A stretch of DNA of 64,000 nucleotides from Eledone cirrhosa (GCA_964016885.1 OZ024740.1:442494001-442558000), one strand, 5' to 3'. Counted from the stretch's first letter, positions 1-16,749 are shown. Numbers and translations: made by a program. Notes: a model not told the origin generated them from the sequence alone.

Positions 1-2949
1 GAACAAGTCATCATGTTGCTACATCAATGTAATGAACAAGTCATCATGTTGCTACATAAATGTAATGAACAAGTTATCATGTTGCTACATCAATGTAATG
101 AACAAGTCACCATGTTGCTACATAAATGTAATGAACAAGTCATCATGTTGCTACATAAATGTAATGAACAAGTCATCAGGTTGCTACATCAATGTAATGA
201 ACAAGTCACCATGTTGCTACATAAATGTAATGAACAAGTCATCATGTTGCTACATCAATGTAATGAACAAGTCATCATGTTGCTACATTAATGAACAAGT
301 CACCATGTTGCTACATTAATGAACAAGTCACCATGTTGCTACATAAATGTAATGAACAAGTCACCATGTTGCTACATAAATGTAATTAACAAGTCACCAT
401 GTTGCTACATAAATGTAATGAACAAGTCACCATGTTGCTACATAAATGTAATGAACAAGTCATCATGTTGCTACATCAATGTAATGAACAAGTCATCATG
501 TTGCTACATAAATGTAATGAACAGGTCATCATGTTGCTACATAAATGTAATGAACAGGTCATGTTGCTACATCAATGTAATGAACAAGTCATCATGTTGC
601 TACATCAATGTAATGAACAAGTCATCATGTTGCTACATAAATGTAATGAACAGGTCATCACGTTGCTACATAAATGTAATGAACAAGTCACCATGTTGCT
701 ACATAAATGTAGTGAACAAGTCATCATGTTGCATACATAAATGTAAAGAACAGGTCATCATGTTGCTACATCAATGTAATGAACAAGTCATCATGTTGCT
801 ACATAAATATAATGAACAAGTCATCATGTTGCTACATACATGTAATGAACAAGTCATCATGTTGCTACATAAATGTAATGAACAAGTCATCATGTTGCTA
901 CATCAATGTAATGAACAAGTCATCATGTTACTACATAAATGTAATTAACAAGTCACCATGTTGCTACATAAATCTAATGAACATGTCATCATGTTGCTAC
1001 ATAAATGTAATGAACAAGTCATCATGTTGCTACATAAATGTAATGAACAAGTCATCATGTTGCTACATCAATGTAATGAACAAGTCATCATGTTGCTACA
1101 TAAATGTAATGGACAAGTCATCATGTTGCTACATCAATCTAATGAACAAGTCATCATGTTGCTACATCAATGTAATGAACAAGTCATCATGTTGCTACAT
1201 AAATGTAATGAACAAGTCATCATGTTGCTACATAAATGTAATGAACAAGTCATCAGGTTACTACATAAATGTAATGAACAAGTCATCATGTTGCTACATA
1301 AATGTAATGAACAAGTCATCATGTTGCTACATAAATGTAATGAACAACTCATCATGTTGCTACATCAATGTAATGAACAAGTCATCATGTTGCTACATAA
1401 ATGTAATGAACAAGTCATCATGTTGCTACATAAAAGTATTGAACAAGTCATCATGTTGCTACATAAATGTAATGAACAAGTCATCATGTTGCTACATAAA
1501 TGAAATGAACAAGTCATCATGTTGCTACATCAATGTAATGAACAAGTCATCATGTTGCTACATAAATGTAATGAACAAATCATCAGGTTGCTACATCAAT
1601 GTAATGAACAAGTCACCATGTTGCTACATAAATGTAATGAACAAGTCATCATGTTGCTACATAAATGTAATGAACAAGTCATCAGGTTGCTACATCAATT
1701 AAATGAACAAGTCACCATGTTGCTACATAAATGTAATGAACAAGTCATCATGTTGCTACATCAATGTAATGAACAAGTCATGTTGCTACATTAATGAACA
1801 AGTCACCATGTTGCTACATAAATGTAATGAACAAGTCACCATGTTGCTACATAAATGTAATGAACAAGTCATCATGTTGCTACATCAATGTAATGAACAA
1901 GTCATCATGTTGCTACATAAATGTAATGAACAGGTCAGCATGTTGCTACATAAATGTAATGAACAGGTCATGTTGCTACATCAATGTAATGAACAAGTCA
2001 TCATGTTGCTACATAAATGTAATTAACAAGTCACCATGTTGCTACATAAATCTAATGAACAAGTCATCATGTTGCTAGATAAATGTAATGAACAAGTCAT
2101 CATGTTGCTACATAAATGTAATGAACAAGTCATCATGTTGCTACATCAATGTAATGAACAAGTGATCATGTTGCTACATCAATGTAATGAACAAGTCATC
2201 ATGTTGCTACATAAATGTAATGAACAAGTCATCATGTTGCTACATAAATGTAATGAACAAGTCATCAGGTTGCTACATCAATGTAATGAACAAGTATCCA
2301 TGTTGCTACATAAATGTAATGAACAAATCATCATGTTGCTACATCAATGTAATGAACATGTCATCATGTTGCTACATAACTGTAATTAACAAGTCACCAT
2401 GTTGCTACATAAATCTAATGAACAAGTCATCATGTTGCTACATAAATGTAATGAACAAGTCATCATGTTGCTACATGAATGTAATGAACAAGTCATCATG
2501 TTGCTACATCAATGTAATGAACAAGTCATCATGTTGCTACATCAATGTAATGAACAAGTCATCATGTTGCTACATAAATGTAATGAACAAGTCACCATGT
2601 TGCTACATAAATGTAATGAACAAGTCACCATGTTGCTACATAAATGTAATGAACAAGTCATCATGTTGCTACATCAATGTAATGAACAAGTCATCATGTT
2701 GCTACATAAATGTAATGAACAAGTCATCATGTTGCTACATAAATGTAATGAACAAGTCACCATGTTGCTACATAAATGTAATGAACAAGTCATCATGTTG
2801 CTACATCAATGTAATGAACAAGTCTTCATGTTGCTACATCAATGTAATGAACAAGTCATCATGTTGCTACATCAATGTAATGAACAAGTCATCATGTTGC
2901 TACATCAATATAATGAACAAGACATCATGTTGCTACATCAATGTAATGA

Positions 2950-5900
2950 AAAAGTCATCCTGTTGCTACATCAATGTAATGAACAAGTCATCATGTTGCT
3001 ACATCAATGTAATGAACAAGTCATCATGTTGCTACATCAATGTAATGGACAAGTCATCATGTTGCTACATAAATGTAATGAACAGGTCATCATGTTGCTA
3101 CATCAATGTAATGAACAAGTCATCATGTTGCCACATAAATGTAATGGACAAGTCATCATGTTGCTACATCATTGTAATGAACAAGTCATCAGGTTGCTAC
3201 GTCAATGTAATGGACAAGTCATCATGTTGCTACATCAATGTAATGAACAAGTCATCATGTTGCTACATAAATGTAATGGACAAGTCATCATGTTGTAACA
3301 TCAATGTAATGAACAAGTCATCATGTTGCTACATAAATGTAATGGACAAGTCATCATGTTGCTACATAAATGTAATGAACAAGTCATCATGTTGCTACAT
3401 AAATGTAATGAACAACTCATCATGTTGCTACATCAATGTAATGAACAAGTCATCATGTTGCTACATAAATGTAATGAACAAGTCATCATGTTGCTACATA
3501 AAAGTTATGAACAAGTCATCATGTTGCTACATAAATGTAATGAACAAGTCATCATGTTGCTACATAAATGTAATGAACAAGTCACCATGTTGCTACATAA
3601 ATGTAATGAACAAGTCATTATGTTTCTACATCAATGTAATGAACAAGTCATCATGTTGCTACATAAATGTAATGAACAAGTCACCATGTTGCTACATAAA
3701 TGTAATGAACAAGTCATCATGTTGCTACATCAATGTAATGAACAAGTCTTCATGTTGCTACATCAATGTAATGAACAAGTCATCATGTTGCTACATCAAT
3801 GTAATGAACAAGTCATCATGTTGCTACATATAAATAATGAACAAGACATCATGTTGCTACATCAATGTAATGAAAAAGTCATCCTGTTGCTACATAAATG
3901 TAATGAACAAGTCATCATGTTGCTACATCAATGTAATGAACAAGTCATCATGTTGCTACATCAATGTAATGGACAAGTCATCATGTTGCTACATAAATGT
4001 AATGAACAGGTCATCATGTTGCTACATCAATGTAATGAACAAGTCATCATGTTGCTACATAAATGTAATGGACAAGTCATCATGTTGCTACATCAATGTA
4101 ATGAACAAGTCATCAGGTTGCTACGTCAATGTAATGGACAAGTCATCATGTTGCTACATCAATGTAATGAACAAGTCATCATGTTGCTACATAAATGTAA
4201 TGGACAAGTCATCATGTTGCTACATCAATGTAATGAACAAGTCATCATGTTGCTACATAAATGTAATGGACAAGTCATCATGTTGCTACATAAATGTAAT
4301 GAACAAGTCATCATGTTGCTACATCAATGTAATGAACAAGTCATCATGTTGCTACATAAATGTAATGAACAAGTCATCATGTTGCTACATAAATGTAATG
4401 AACAGGTCATCACGTTGCTACATAAATGTAATGAACAAGTCATCATGTTGCTACATAAATGTAAAGAACAGGTCATCATGTTGCTACATCAATGTAATGA
4501 ACAAGTCATCATGTTGCTACATAAATATAATGAACAAGTGATCATGTTGCTACATACATGTAATGAACAAGTCATCATGTTGCTACATAAATGTAACGAA
4601 CAAGTCATCATGTTGCTACATCAATGTAATGAACAAGTCATCATGTTGATACATAAATGTAATTAACAAGTCACCATGTTGCTACATAAATCTAATGAAC
4701 AAGTCATCATGTTGCTACATAAATGTAATGAACAAGTCATCATGTTGCTACATAAATGTAATGAACAAGTCATCATGTTGCTACATCAATGTAATGAACA
4801 AGTCATCATGTTGCTACATAAATGTAATGAACAAGTCATCATGTTGCTACATAAATGTAATGAACAACTCATCATGTTGCTACATCAATGTAATGAACAA
4901 GTCATCATGTTGCTACATAAATGTAATGAACAAGTCATCATGTTGCTACATAAAAGTAATGAACAAGTCATCATGTTGCTACATAAATGTAATGAACAAG
5001 TCATCATGTTGCTACATAAATGAAATGAACAATCATCATGTTGCTACATCAATGTAATGAACAAGTCATCATGTTGCTACATAAATGTAATGAACAAATC
5101 ATCAGGTTGCTACATCAATGTAATGAACAAGTCACCATGTTGCTACATAAATGTAATGAACAAGTCATCATGTTGCTACATAAATGTAATGAACAAGTCA
5201 TCAGGTTGCTACATCAATGTAATGAACAAGTCACCATGTTGCTACATAAATGTAATGAACAAGTCATCATGTTGCTACATCAATGTAATTAACAAGTCAT
5301 CATGTTGCTACATTAATGAACAAGTCACCATGTTGCTACATTAATGAACAAGTCACCATGTTGCTACATAAATGTAATGAACAAGTCACCATGTTGCTAC
5401 ATAAATGTAATGAACAAGTCACCATGTTGCTACATAAATGTAATGAACAAGTCACCATGTTGCTACATAAATGTAATGAACAAGTCATCATGTTGCTACA
5501 TCAATGTAATGAACAAGTCATCATGTTGCTACATAAATGTAATGAACAGGTCATCATGTTGCTACATAAATGTAATGAACAGGTCATGTTGCTACATCAA
5601 TGTAATGAACAAGTCATCATGTTGCTACATAAATGTAATTAACAAGTCACCATGTTGCTACATAAATCTAATGAACAAGTCATCATGTTGCTAGATAAAT
5701 GTAATGAACAAGTCATCATGTTGCTACATAAATGTAATGAACAAGTCATCATGTTGCTACATCAATGTAATGAACAAATGATCATGTTGCTACATCAATG
5801 TAATGAACAAGTCATCATGTTGCTACATAAATGTAATGAACAAGTCACCATGTTGCTACATAAATGTAATGAACAAGTCATCATGTTGCTACATCAATGT

Positions 5901-8900
5901 AATGAACAAGTCATCATGTTGCTACATAAATGTAATGAACAAGTCATCATGTTGCTACATACATGTAATGAACAAGTCATCATGTTGCTACATAAATGTA
6001 ATGAACAAGTCATCATGTTGCTACATCAATGTAATGAACAAGTCATCATGTTGCTACATAAATGTAATTAACAAGTCACCATGTTGCTACATAAATCTAA
6101 TGAACAAGTCATCATGTTGCTACATAAATGTAATGAACAAGTCATCATGTTGCTACATAAATGTAATGAACAAGTCATCATGTTGCTACATCAATGTAAT
6201 GAACAAGTCATCATGTTGCTACATAAATGTAATGGACAAGTCATCATGTTGCTACATCAATCTAATGAACAAGTCATCATGTTGCTACATCAATGTAATG
6301 AACAAGTCATCATGTTGCTACATAAATGTAATGAACAAGTCATCATGTTGCTACATAAATGTAATGAACAAGTCATCAGGTTACTACATAAATGTAATGA
6401 ACAAGTCATCATGTTGCTACATAAATGTAATGAACAAGTCATCATGTTGCTACATAAATGTAATGAACAACTCATCCTGTTGCTACATCAATGTAATGAA
6501 CAAGTCATCATGTTGCTACATCAATGTAATGAACAAGTCATCATGTTGCTACATCAATGTAATGGACAAGTCATCATGTTGCTACATAAATGTAATGAAC
6601 AGGTCATCATGTTGCTACATCAATGTAATGAACAAGTCATCATGTTGCTACATAAATGTAATGGACAAGTCATCATGTTGCTACATCATTGTAATGAACA
6701 AGTCATCAGGTTGCTACGTCAATGTAATGGACAAGTCATCATGTTGCTACATCAATGTAATGAACAAGTCATCATGTTGCTACATAAATGTAATGGACAA
6801 GTCATCATGTTGTAACATCAATTTAATGAACAAGTCATCATGTTGCTACATAAATGTAATGGACAAGTCATCATGTTGCTACATAAATGTAATGAACAAG
6901 TCATCATGTTGCTACATAAATGTAATGAACAACTCATCATGTTGCTACATCAATGTAATGAACAAGTCATCATGTTGCTACATAAATGTAATGAACAAGT
7001 CATCATGTTGCTACATAAAAGTTATGAACAAGTCATCATGTTGCTACATAAATGTAATGAACAAGTCATCATGTTGCTACATAAATGTAATGAACAAGTC
7101 ACCATGTTGCTACATAAATGTAATGAACAAGTCATTATGTTTCTACATCAATGTAATGAACAAGTCATCATGTTGCTACATAAATGTAATGAACAAGTCA
7201 CCATGTTGCTACATAAATGTAATGAACAAGTCATCATGTTGCTACATCAATGTAATGAACAAGTCTTCATGTTGCTACATCAATGTAATGAACAAGTCAT
7301 CATGTTGCTACATCAATGTAATGAACAAGTCATCATGTTGCTACATCAATATAATGAACAAGACATCATGTTGCTACATCAATGTAATGAAAAAGTCATC
7401 CTGTTGCTACATAAATGTAATGAACAAGTCATCATGTTGCTACATCAATGTAATGAACAAGTCATCAGGTTGCTACGTCAATGTAATGGACAAGTCATCA
7501 TGTTGCTACATCAATGTAATGAACAAGTCATCATGTTGCTACATAAATGTAATGGACAAGTCATCATGTTGCTACATCAATGTAATGAACAAGTCATCAT
7601 GTTGCTACATAAATGTAATGGACAAGTCATCATGTTGCTACATAAATGTAATGAACAAGTCATCATGTTGCTACATCAATGTAATGAACAAGTCATCATG
7701 TTGCTACATAAATGTAATGAACAAGTCATCATGTTGCTACATAAATGTAATGAACAGGTCATCACGTTGCTACATAAATGTAATGAACAAGTCACCATGT
7801 TGCTACATAAATGTAGTGAACAAGTCATCATGTTGCTACATAAATGTAAAGAACAGGTCATCATGTTGCTACATCAATGTAATGAACAAGTCATCATGTT
7901 GCTACATAAATATAATGAACAAGTGATCATGTTGCTACATACATGTAATGAACAAGTCATCATGTTGCTACATAAATGTAACGAACAAGTCATCATGTTG
8001 CTACATCAATGTAATGAACAAGTCATCATGTTGATACATAAATGTAATTAACAAGTCACCATGTTGCTACATAAATCTAATGAACAAGTCATCATGTTGC
8101 TACATAAATGTAATGAACAAGTCATCATGTTGCTACATAAATGTAATGAACAAGTCATCATGTTGCTACATCAATGTAATGAACAAGTCATCATGTTGCT
8201 ACATAAATGTAATGAACAAGTCATCATGTTGCTACATAAATGTAATGAACAACTCATCATGTTGCTACATCAATGTAATGAACAAGTCATCATGTTGCTA
8301 CATAAATGTAATGAACAAGTCATCATGTTGCTACATAAAAGTAATGAACAAGTCATCATGTTGCTACATAAATGTAATGAACAAGTCATCATGTTGCTAC
8401 ATAAATGAAATGAACAATCATCATGTTGCTACATCAATGTAATGAACAAGTCATCATGTTGCTACATAAATGTAATGAACAAATCATCAGGTTGCTACAT
8501 CAATGTAATGAACAAGTCACCATGTTGCTACATAAATGTAATGAACAAGTCATCATGTTGCTACATAAATGTAATGAACAAGTCATCAGGTTGCTACATC
8601 AATGTAATGAACAAGTCACCATGTTGCTACATAAATGTAATGAACAAGTCATCATGTTGCTACATCAATGTAATGAACAAGTCATCATGTTGCTACATTA
8701 ATGAACAAGTCACCATGTTGCTACATTAATGAACAAGTCACCATGTTGCTACATAAATGTAATGAACAAGTCACCATGTTGCTACATAAATGTAATGAAC
8801 AAGTCACCATGTTGCTACATAAATGTAATGAACAAGTCACCATGTTGCTACATAAATGTAATGAACAAGTCATCATGTTGCTACATCAATGTAATGAACA

Positions 8901-11900
8901 AGTCATCATGTTGCTACATAAATGTAATGAACAGGTCATCATGTTGCTACATAAATGTAATGAACAGGTCATGTTGCTACATCAATGTAATGAACAAGTC
9001 ATCATGTTGCTACATAAATGTAATTAACAAGTCACCATGTTGCTACATAAATCTAATGAACAAGTCATCATGTTGCTAGATAAATGTAATGAACAAGTCA
9101 TCATGTTGCTACATAAATGTAATGAACAAGTCATCATGTTGCTACATCAATGTAATGAACAAATGATCATGTTGCTACATCAATGTAATGAACAAGTCAT
9201 CATGTTGCTACATAAATGTAATGAACAAGTCACCATGTTGCTACATAAATGTAATGAACAAGTCATCATGTTGCTACATCAATGTAATGAACAAGTCATC
9301 ATGTTGCTACATACATGTAATGAACAAGTCATCATGTTGCTACATAAATGTAATGAACAAGTCATCATGTTGCTACATCAATGTAATGAACAAGTCATCA
9401 TGTTGCTACATAAATGTAATTAACAAGTCACCATGTTGCTACATAAATCTAATGAACAAGTCATCATGTTGCTACATAAATGTAATGAACAAGTCATCAT
9501 GTTGCTACATAAATGTAATGAACAAGTCATCATGTTGCTACATCAATGTAATGAACAAGTCATCATGTTGCTACATAAATGTAATGGACAAGTCATCATG
9601 TTGCTACATCAATCTAATGAACAAGTCATCATGTTGCTACATCAATGTAATGAACAAGTCATCATGTTGCTACATAAATGTAATGAACAAGTCATCAGGT
9701 TACTACATAAATGTAATGAACAAGTCATCATGTTGCTACATAAATGTAATGAACAAGTCATCATGTTGCTACATAAATGTAATGAACAACTCATCCTGTT
9801 GCTACATCAATGTAATGAACAAGTCATCATGTTGCTACATCAATGTAATGAACAAGTCATCATGTTGCTACATCAATGTAATGGACAAGTCATCATGTTG
9901 CTACATAAATGTAATGAACAGGTCATCATGTTGCTACATCAATGTAATGAACAAGTCATCATGTTGCTACATAAATGTAATGGACAAGTCATCATGTTGC
10001 TACATCATTGTAATGAACAAGTCATCAGGTTGCTACGTCAATGTAATGGACAAGTCATCATGTTGCTACATCAATGTAATGAACAAGTCATCATGTTGCT
10101 ACATAAATGTAATGGACAAGTCATCATGTTGTAACATCAATGTAATGAACAAGTCATCATGTTGCTACATAAATGTAATGGACAAGTCATCATGTTGCTA
10201 CATAAATGTAATGAACAAGTCATCATGTTGCTACATAAATGTAATGAACAACTCATCATGTTGCTACATCAATGTAATGAACAAGTCATCATGTTGCTAC
10301 ATAAATGTAATGAACAAGTCATCATGTTGCTACATAAAAGTTATGAACAAGTCATCATGTTGCTACATAAATGTAATGAACAAGTCATCATGTTGCTACA
10401 TAAATGTAATGAACAAGTCACCATGTTGCTACATAAATGTAATGAACAAGTCATTATGTTTCTACATCAATGTAATGAACAAGTCATCATGTTGCTACAT
10501 AAATGTAATGAACAAGTCACCATGTTGCTACATAAATGTAATGAACAAGTCATCATGTTGCTACATCAATGTAATGAACAAGTCTTCATGTTGCTACATC
10601 AATGTAATGAACAAGTCATCATGTTGCTACATCAATGTAATGAACAAGTCATCATGTTGCTACATCAATATAATGAACAAGACATCATGTTGCTACATCA
10701 ATGTAATGAAAAAGTCATCCTGTTGCTACATAAATGTAATGAACAAGTCATCATGTTGCTACATCAATGTAATGAACAAGTCATCATGTTGCTACATCAA
10801 TGTAATGGACAAGTCATCATGTTGCTACATAAATGTAATGAACAGGTCATCATGTTGCTACATCAATGTAATGAACAAGTCATCATGTTGCTACATAAAT
10901 GTAATGGACAAGTCATCATGTTGCTACATCAATGTAATGAACAAGTCATCAGGTTGCTACGTCAATGTAATGGACAAGTCATCATGTTGCTACATCAATG
11001 TAATGAACAAGTCATCATGTTGCTACATAAATGTAATGGACAAGTCATCATGTTGCTACATCAATGTAATGAACAAGTCATCATGTTGCTACATAAATGT
11101 AATGGACAAGTCATCATGTTGCTACATAAATGTAATGAACAAGTCATCATGTTGCTACATCAATGTAATGAACAGGTCATCATGTTGCTACATAAATGTA
11201 ATGAACAGGTCATCACGTTGCTACATAAATGTAATGAACAAGTCACCATGTTGCTACATAAATGTAGTGAACAAGTCATCATGTTGCTACATAAATGTAA
11301 AGAACAGGTCATCATGTTGCTACATCAATGTAATGAACAAGTCATCATGTTGCTACATAAATATAATGAACAAGTGATCATGTTGCTACATACATGTAAT
11401 GAACAAGTCATCATGTTGCTACATAAATGTAACGAACAAGTCATCATGTTGCTACATCAATGTAATGAACAAGTCATCATGTTGATACATAAATGTAATT
11501 AACAAGTCACCATGTTGCTACATAAATCTAATGAACAAGTCATCATGTTGCTACATAAATGTAATGAACAAGTCATCATGTTGCTACATAAATGTAATGA
11601 ACAAGTCATCATGTTGCTACATCAATGTAATGAACAAGTCATCATGTTGCTACATAAATGTAATGAACAAGTCATCATGTTGATACATAAATGTAATGAA
11701 CAACTCATCATGTTGCTACATCAATGTAATGAACAAGTCATCATGTTGCTACATAAATGTAATGAACAAGTCATCATGTTGCTACATAAAAGTAATGAAC
11801 AAGTCATCATGTTGCTACATAAATGTAATGAACAAGTCATCATGTTGCTACATAAATGAAATGAACAATCATCATGTTGCTACATCAATGTAATGAACAA

Positions 11901-13300
11901 GTCATCATGTTGCTACATAAATGTAATGAACAAATCATCAGGTTGCTACATCAATGTAATGAACAAGTCACCATGTTGCTACATAAATGTAATGAACAAG
12001 TCATCATGTTGCTACATAAATGTAATGAACAAGTCATCAGGTTGCTACATCAATGTAATGAACAAGTCACCATGTTGCTACATAAATGTAATGAACAAGT
12101 CATCATGTTGCTACATCAATGTAATGAACAAGTCATCATGTTGCTACATTAATGAACAAGTCACCATGTTGCTACATTAATGAACAAGTCACCATGTTGC
12201 TACATAAATGTAATGAACAAGTCACCATGTTGCTACATAAATGTAATGAACAAGTCACCATGTTGCTACATAAATGTAATGAACAAGTCACCATGTTGCT
12301 ACATAAATGTAATGAACAAGTCATCATGTTGCTACATCAATGTAATGAACAAGTCATCATGTTGCTACATAAATGTAATGAACAGGTCATCATGTTGCTA
12401 CATAAATGTAATGAACAGGTCATGTTGCTACATCAATGTAATGAAAAGGTCATCATGTTGCTACATAAATGTAATTAACAAGTCACCATGTTGCTACATA
12501 AATCTAATGAACAAGTCATCATGTTGCTAGATAAATGTAATGAACAAGTCATCATGTTGCTACATAAATGTAATGAACAAGTCATCATGTTGCTACATCA
12601 ATGTAATGAACAAATGATCATGTTGCTACATCAATGTAATGAACAAGTCATCATGTTGCTACATAAATGTAATGAACAAGTCACCATGTTGCTACATAAA
12701 TGTAATGAACAAGTCATCATGTTGCTACATCAATGTAATGAACAAGTCATCATGTTGCTACATAAATGTAATGAACAAGTCATCATGTTGCTACATACAT
12801 GTAATGAACAAGTCATCATGTTGCTACATAAATATAATGAACAAGTCATCATGTTGCTACATCAATGTAATGAACAAGTCATCATGTTGCTACATAAATG
12901 TAATTAACAAGTCACCATGTTGCTACATAAATCTAATGAACAAGTCACCATGTTGCTACATAAATGTAATGAACAAGTCATCATGTTGCTACATAAATGT
13001 AATGAACAAGTCATCATGTTGCTACATCAATGTAATGAACAAGTCATCATGTTGCTACATAAATGTAATGGACAAGTCATCATGTTGCTACATCAATCTA
13101 ATGAACAAGTCATCATGTTGCTACATCAATGTAATGAACAAGTCATCATGTTGCTACATAAATGTAATGAACAAGTCATCATGTTGCTACATAAATGTAA
13201 TGAACAAGTCATCAGGTTACTACATAAATGTAATGAACAAGTCATCATGTTGCTACATAAATGTAATGAACAAGTCATCATGTTGCTACATAAATGTAAT
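2950..13300. repeat. Higher-order repeat of satellite A: about three tandem copies of a ~3.4-kb unit (103-105 monomers)
   Basis: Rare variants recur in register: TGTTGTAACA at ~3291/6808/10127, TGAAATGAACAATCATC (1-bp deletion) at ~5021/8406/11857, and paired 28-bp monomers at 5316/8701/12152. The spacings are 3385 = 103x33-14 and 3451 = 105x33-14. Outer boundaries are approximate. Confidence 0.85.
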
Positions 13301-16300
13301 GAACAACTCATCATGTTGCTACATCAATGTAATGAACAAGTCATCATGTTGCTACATAAATGTAATGAACAAGTCATCATGTTGCTACATAAAAGTAATG
13401 AACAAGCCATCATGTTGCTACATAAATGTAATGAACAAGTCATCATGTTGCTACATAAATGAAATGAACAAGTCATCATGTTGCTACATCAATGTAATGA
13501 ACAAGTCATCATGTTGCTACATAAATGTAATGAACAAATCATCAGGTTGTTACATCAATGTAATGAACAAGTCACCATGTTGCTACATAAATGTAATGAA
13601 CAAGTCATCATGTTGCTACATAAATGTAATGAACAAGTCATCAGGTTGCTACATCAATGTAATGAACAAGTCACCATGTTGCTACATAAATGTAATGAAC
13701 AAGTCATCATGTTGCTACATCAATGTAATGAACAAGTCATCATGTTGCTACATTAATGAACAAGTCACCATGTTGCTACATTAATGAACAAATCACCATG
13801 TTGCTACATAAATGTAATGAACAAGTCACCATGTTGCTACATAAATGTAATGAACAAGTCACCATGTTGCTACATAAATGTAATGAACAAGTCACCATGT
13901 TGCTACATAAATGTAATGAACAAGTGATCATGTTGCTACATCAATGTAATGAACAAGTCATCATGTTGCTACATAAATGTAATGAACAGGTCATCATGTT
14001 GCTACATAAATGTAATGAACAGGTCATGTTGCTACATCAATGTAATGAACAAGTCATCATGTTGCTACATAAATGTAATGAACAAGTCACCATGTTGCTA
14101 CATAAATGTAATGAACAAGTCATCATGTTGCTACATCAATGTAATGAACAAGTCATCATGTTGCTACATAAATGTAATGAACAAGTCATCATGTTGCTAC
14201 ATAAATGTAATGAACAAGTCATCAGGTTGCTACATCAATGTAATGAACAAGTCACCATGTTGCTACATAAATGTAATGAACAAATCATCATGTTGCTACA
14301 TCAATGTAATGAACATGTCATCATGTTGCTACATAAATGTAATTAACAAGTCACCATGTTGCTACATAAATCTAATGAACAAGTCATCATGTTGTTACAT
14401 AAATGTAATGAACAAGTCATCATGTTGCTACATGAATGTAATGAACAAGTCATCATGTTGCTACATCAATGTAATGAACAAGTCATCATGTTGCTACATC
14501 AATGTAATGAACAAGTCATCATGTTGCTACATAAATGTAATGAACAAGTCACCATGTTGCTACATAAATGTAATGAACAAGTCATCATGTTGCTACATCA
14601 ATGTAATGAACAAGTCATCATGTTGCTACATAAATGTAATGAACAAGTCATCATGTTGCTACATCAATGTAATGAACAAGTCATCATGTTGCTACATCAA
14701 TGTAATGGACAAGTCATCATGTTGCTACATAAATGTAATGAACAGGTCATCATGTTGCTACATCAATGTAATGAACAAGTCATCATGTTGCTACATAAAT
14801 GTAATGGACAAGTCATCATGTTGCTACATCAATGTAATGAACAAGTCATCAGGTTGCTACGTCAATGTAATGGACAAGTCATCATGTTGCTACATCAATG
14901 TAATGAACAAGTCATCATGTTGCTACATAAATGTAATGGACAAGTCATCATGTTGCTACATCAATGTAATGAACAAGTCATCATGTTGCTACATAAATGT
15001 AATGGACAAGTCATCATGTTGCTACATAAATGTAATGAACAAGTCATCATGTTGCTACATAAATGTAATGAACAACTCATCATGTTGCTACATCAATGTA
15101 ATGAACAAGTCATCATGTTGCTACATAAATGTAATGAACAAGTCATCATGTTGCTACATAAAAGTAATGAACAAGTCATCATGTTGCTACATAAATGTAA
15201 TGAACAAGTCATCATGTTGCTACATAAATGTAATGAACAAGTCACCATGTTGCTACATAAATGTAATGAACAAGTCATCATGTTGCTACATCAATGTAAT
15301 GAACAAGTCATCATGTTGCTACATAAATGTAATGAACAAGTCATCATGTTGCTACATAAATGTAATGAACAAGTCACCATGTTGCTACATAAATGTAATG
15401 AACAAGTCATCATGTTGCTACATCAATGTAATGAACAAGTCTTCATGTTGCTACATCAATGTAATGAACAAGTCATCATGTTGCTACATCAATGTAATGA
15501 ACAAGTCATCATGTTGCTACATCAATATAATGAACAAGACATCATGTTGCTACATCAATGTAATGAAAAAGTCATCCTGTTGCTACATAAATGTAATAAA
15601 CAAGTCATCATGTTGCTACATCAATGTAATGAACAAGTCATCATGTTGCTACATCAATGTAATGGACAAGTCATCATGTTGCTACATAAATGTAATGAAC
15701 AGGTCATCATGTTGCTACATCAATGTAATGAACAAGTCATCATGTTGCTACATAAATGTAATGGACAAGTCATCATGTTGCTACATCAATGTAATGAACA
15801 AGTCATCAGGTTGCTACGTCAATGTAATGGACAAGTCATCATGTTGCTACATCAATGTAATGAACAAGTCATCATGTTGCTACATAAATGTAATGGACAA
15901 GTCATCATGTTGCTACATCAATGTAATGAACAAGTCATCATGTTGCTACATAAATGTAATGGACAAGTCATCATGTTGCTACATAAATGTAATGAACAAG
16001 TCATCATGTTGCTACATAAATGTAATGAACAACTCATCATGTTGCTACATCAATGTAATGAACACGTCATCATGTTGCTACATAAATGTATTGAACAAGT
16101 CATCGTTTTGCTACATGAAAGTACTGAACAAGTCATCATGTTGCTACATAAATGTAATGAACAACTCATCATGTTGCTACATAAATGAAATGAACAAGTC
16201 ATCATGTTGCTACATAAATGTAACGAACAGGTCATCATGTTGCTACATCAATGTAACGAACAGGTCATCATGTTGCTACATCAATGTAATGAACAAGTCA

Positions 16301-16749
16301 TCATGTTGCTACATCAATGTAATGAACATGACATCATGTTGCTACATAAATGTAATGAACAAATCATCATGTTGCTACATAAATGTAATGAACAAGTAAT
16401 CATGTTGCTACATCAATGTAATGAACAAGTCATCATGTTGCTACATCAATGTAATGAACAAGTTATCATGTTGCTACATCAATGTAATGAACAAGTCATC
16501 ATGTTGCTACATCAATGTAATGAACAAGTCATCATGTTGCTACATAAATGTAATGAACAAGTCATCAGGTTGCAAAATAAATGTAATGAACAAGTCATCA
16601 GGTTACTACATAAATGTAATGAACAAGTCATCATGTTGCTACATAAATGTAATGAAAAAGTCATCATGTTGCTACATAAATGTAAAGAACAGGTCATCAT
16701 GTTGCTACATCAATGTAATGAACAAGTCATCATGTTGCTACATAAATGT

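Noticed and set aside
725-3840. Isolated single-base oddities (TGCATACAT ~730, CAATTAAATG ~1696, ACATATAAATAATG ~3826)
   Set aside because: They are singletons absent from the paralogous higher-order copies, and are as likely consensus errors as real mutations.
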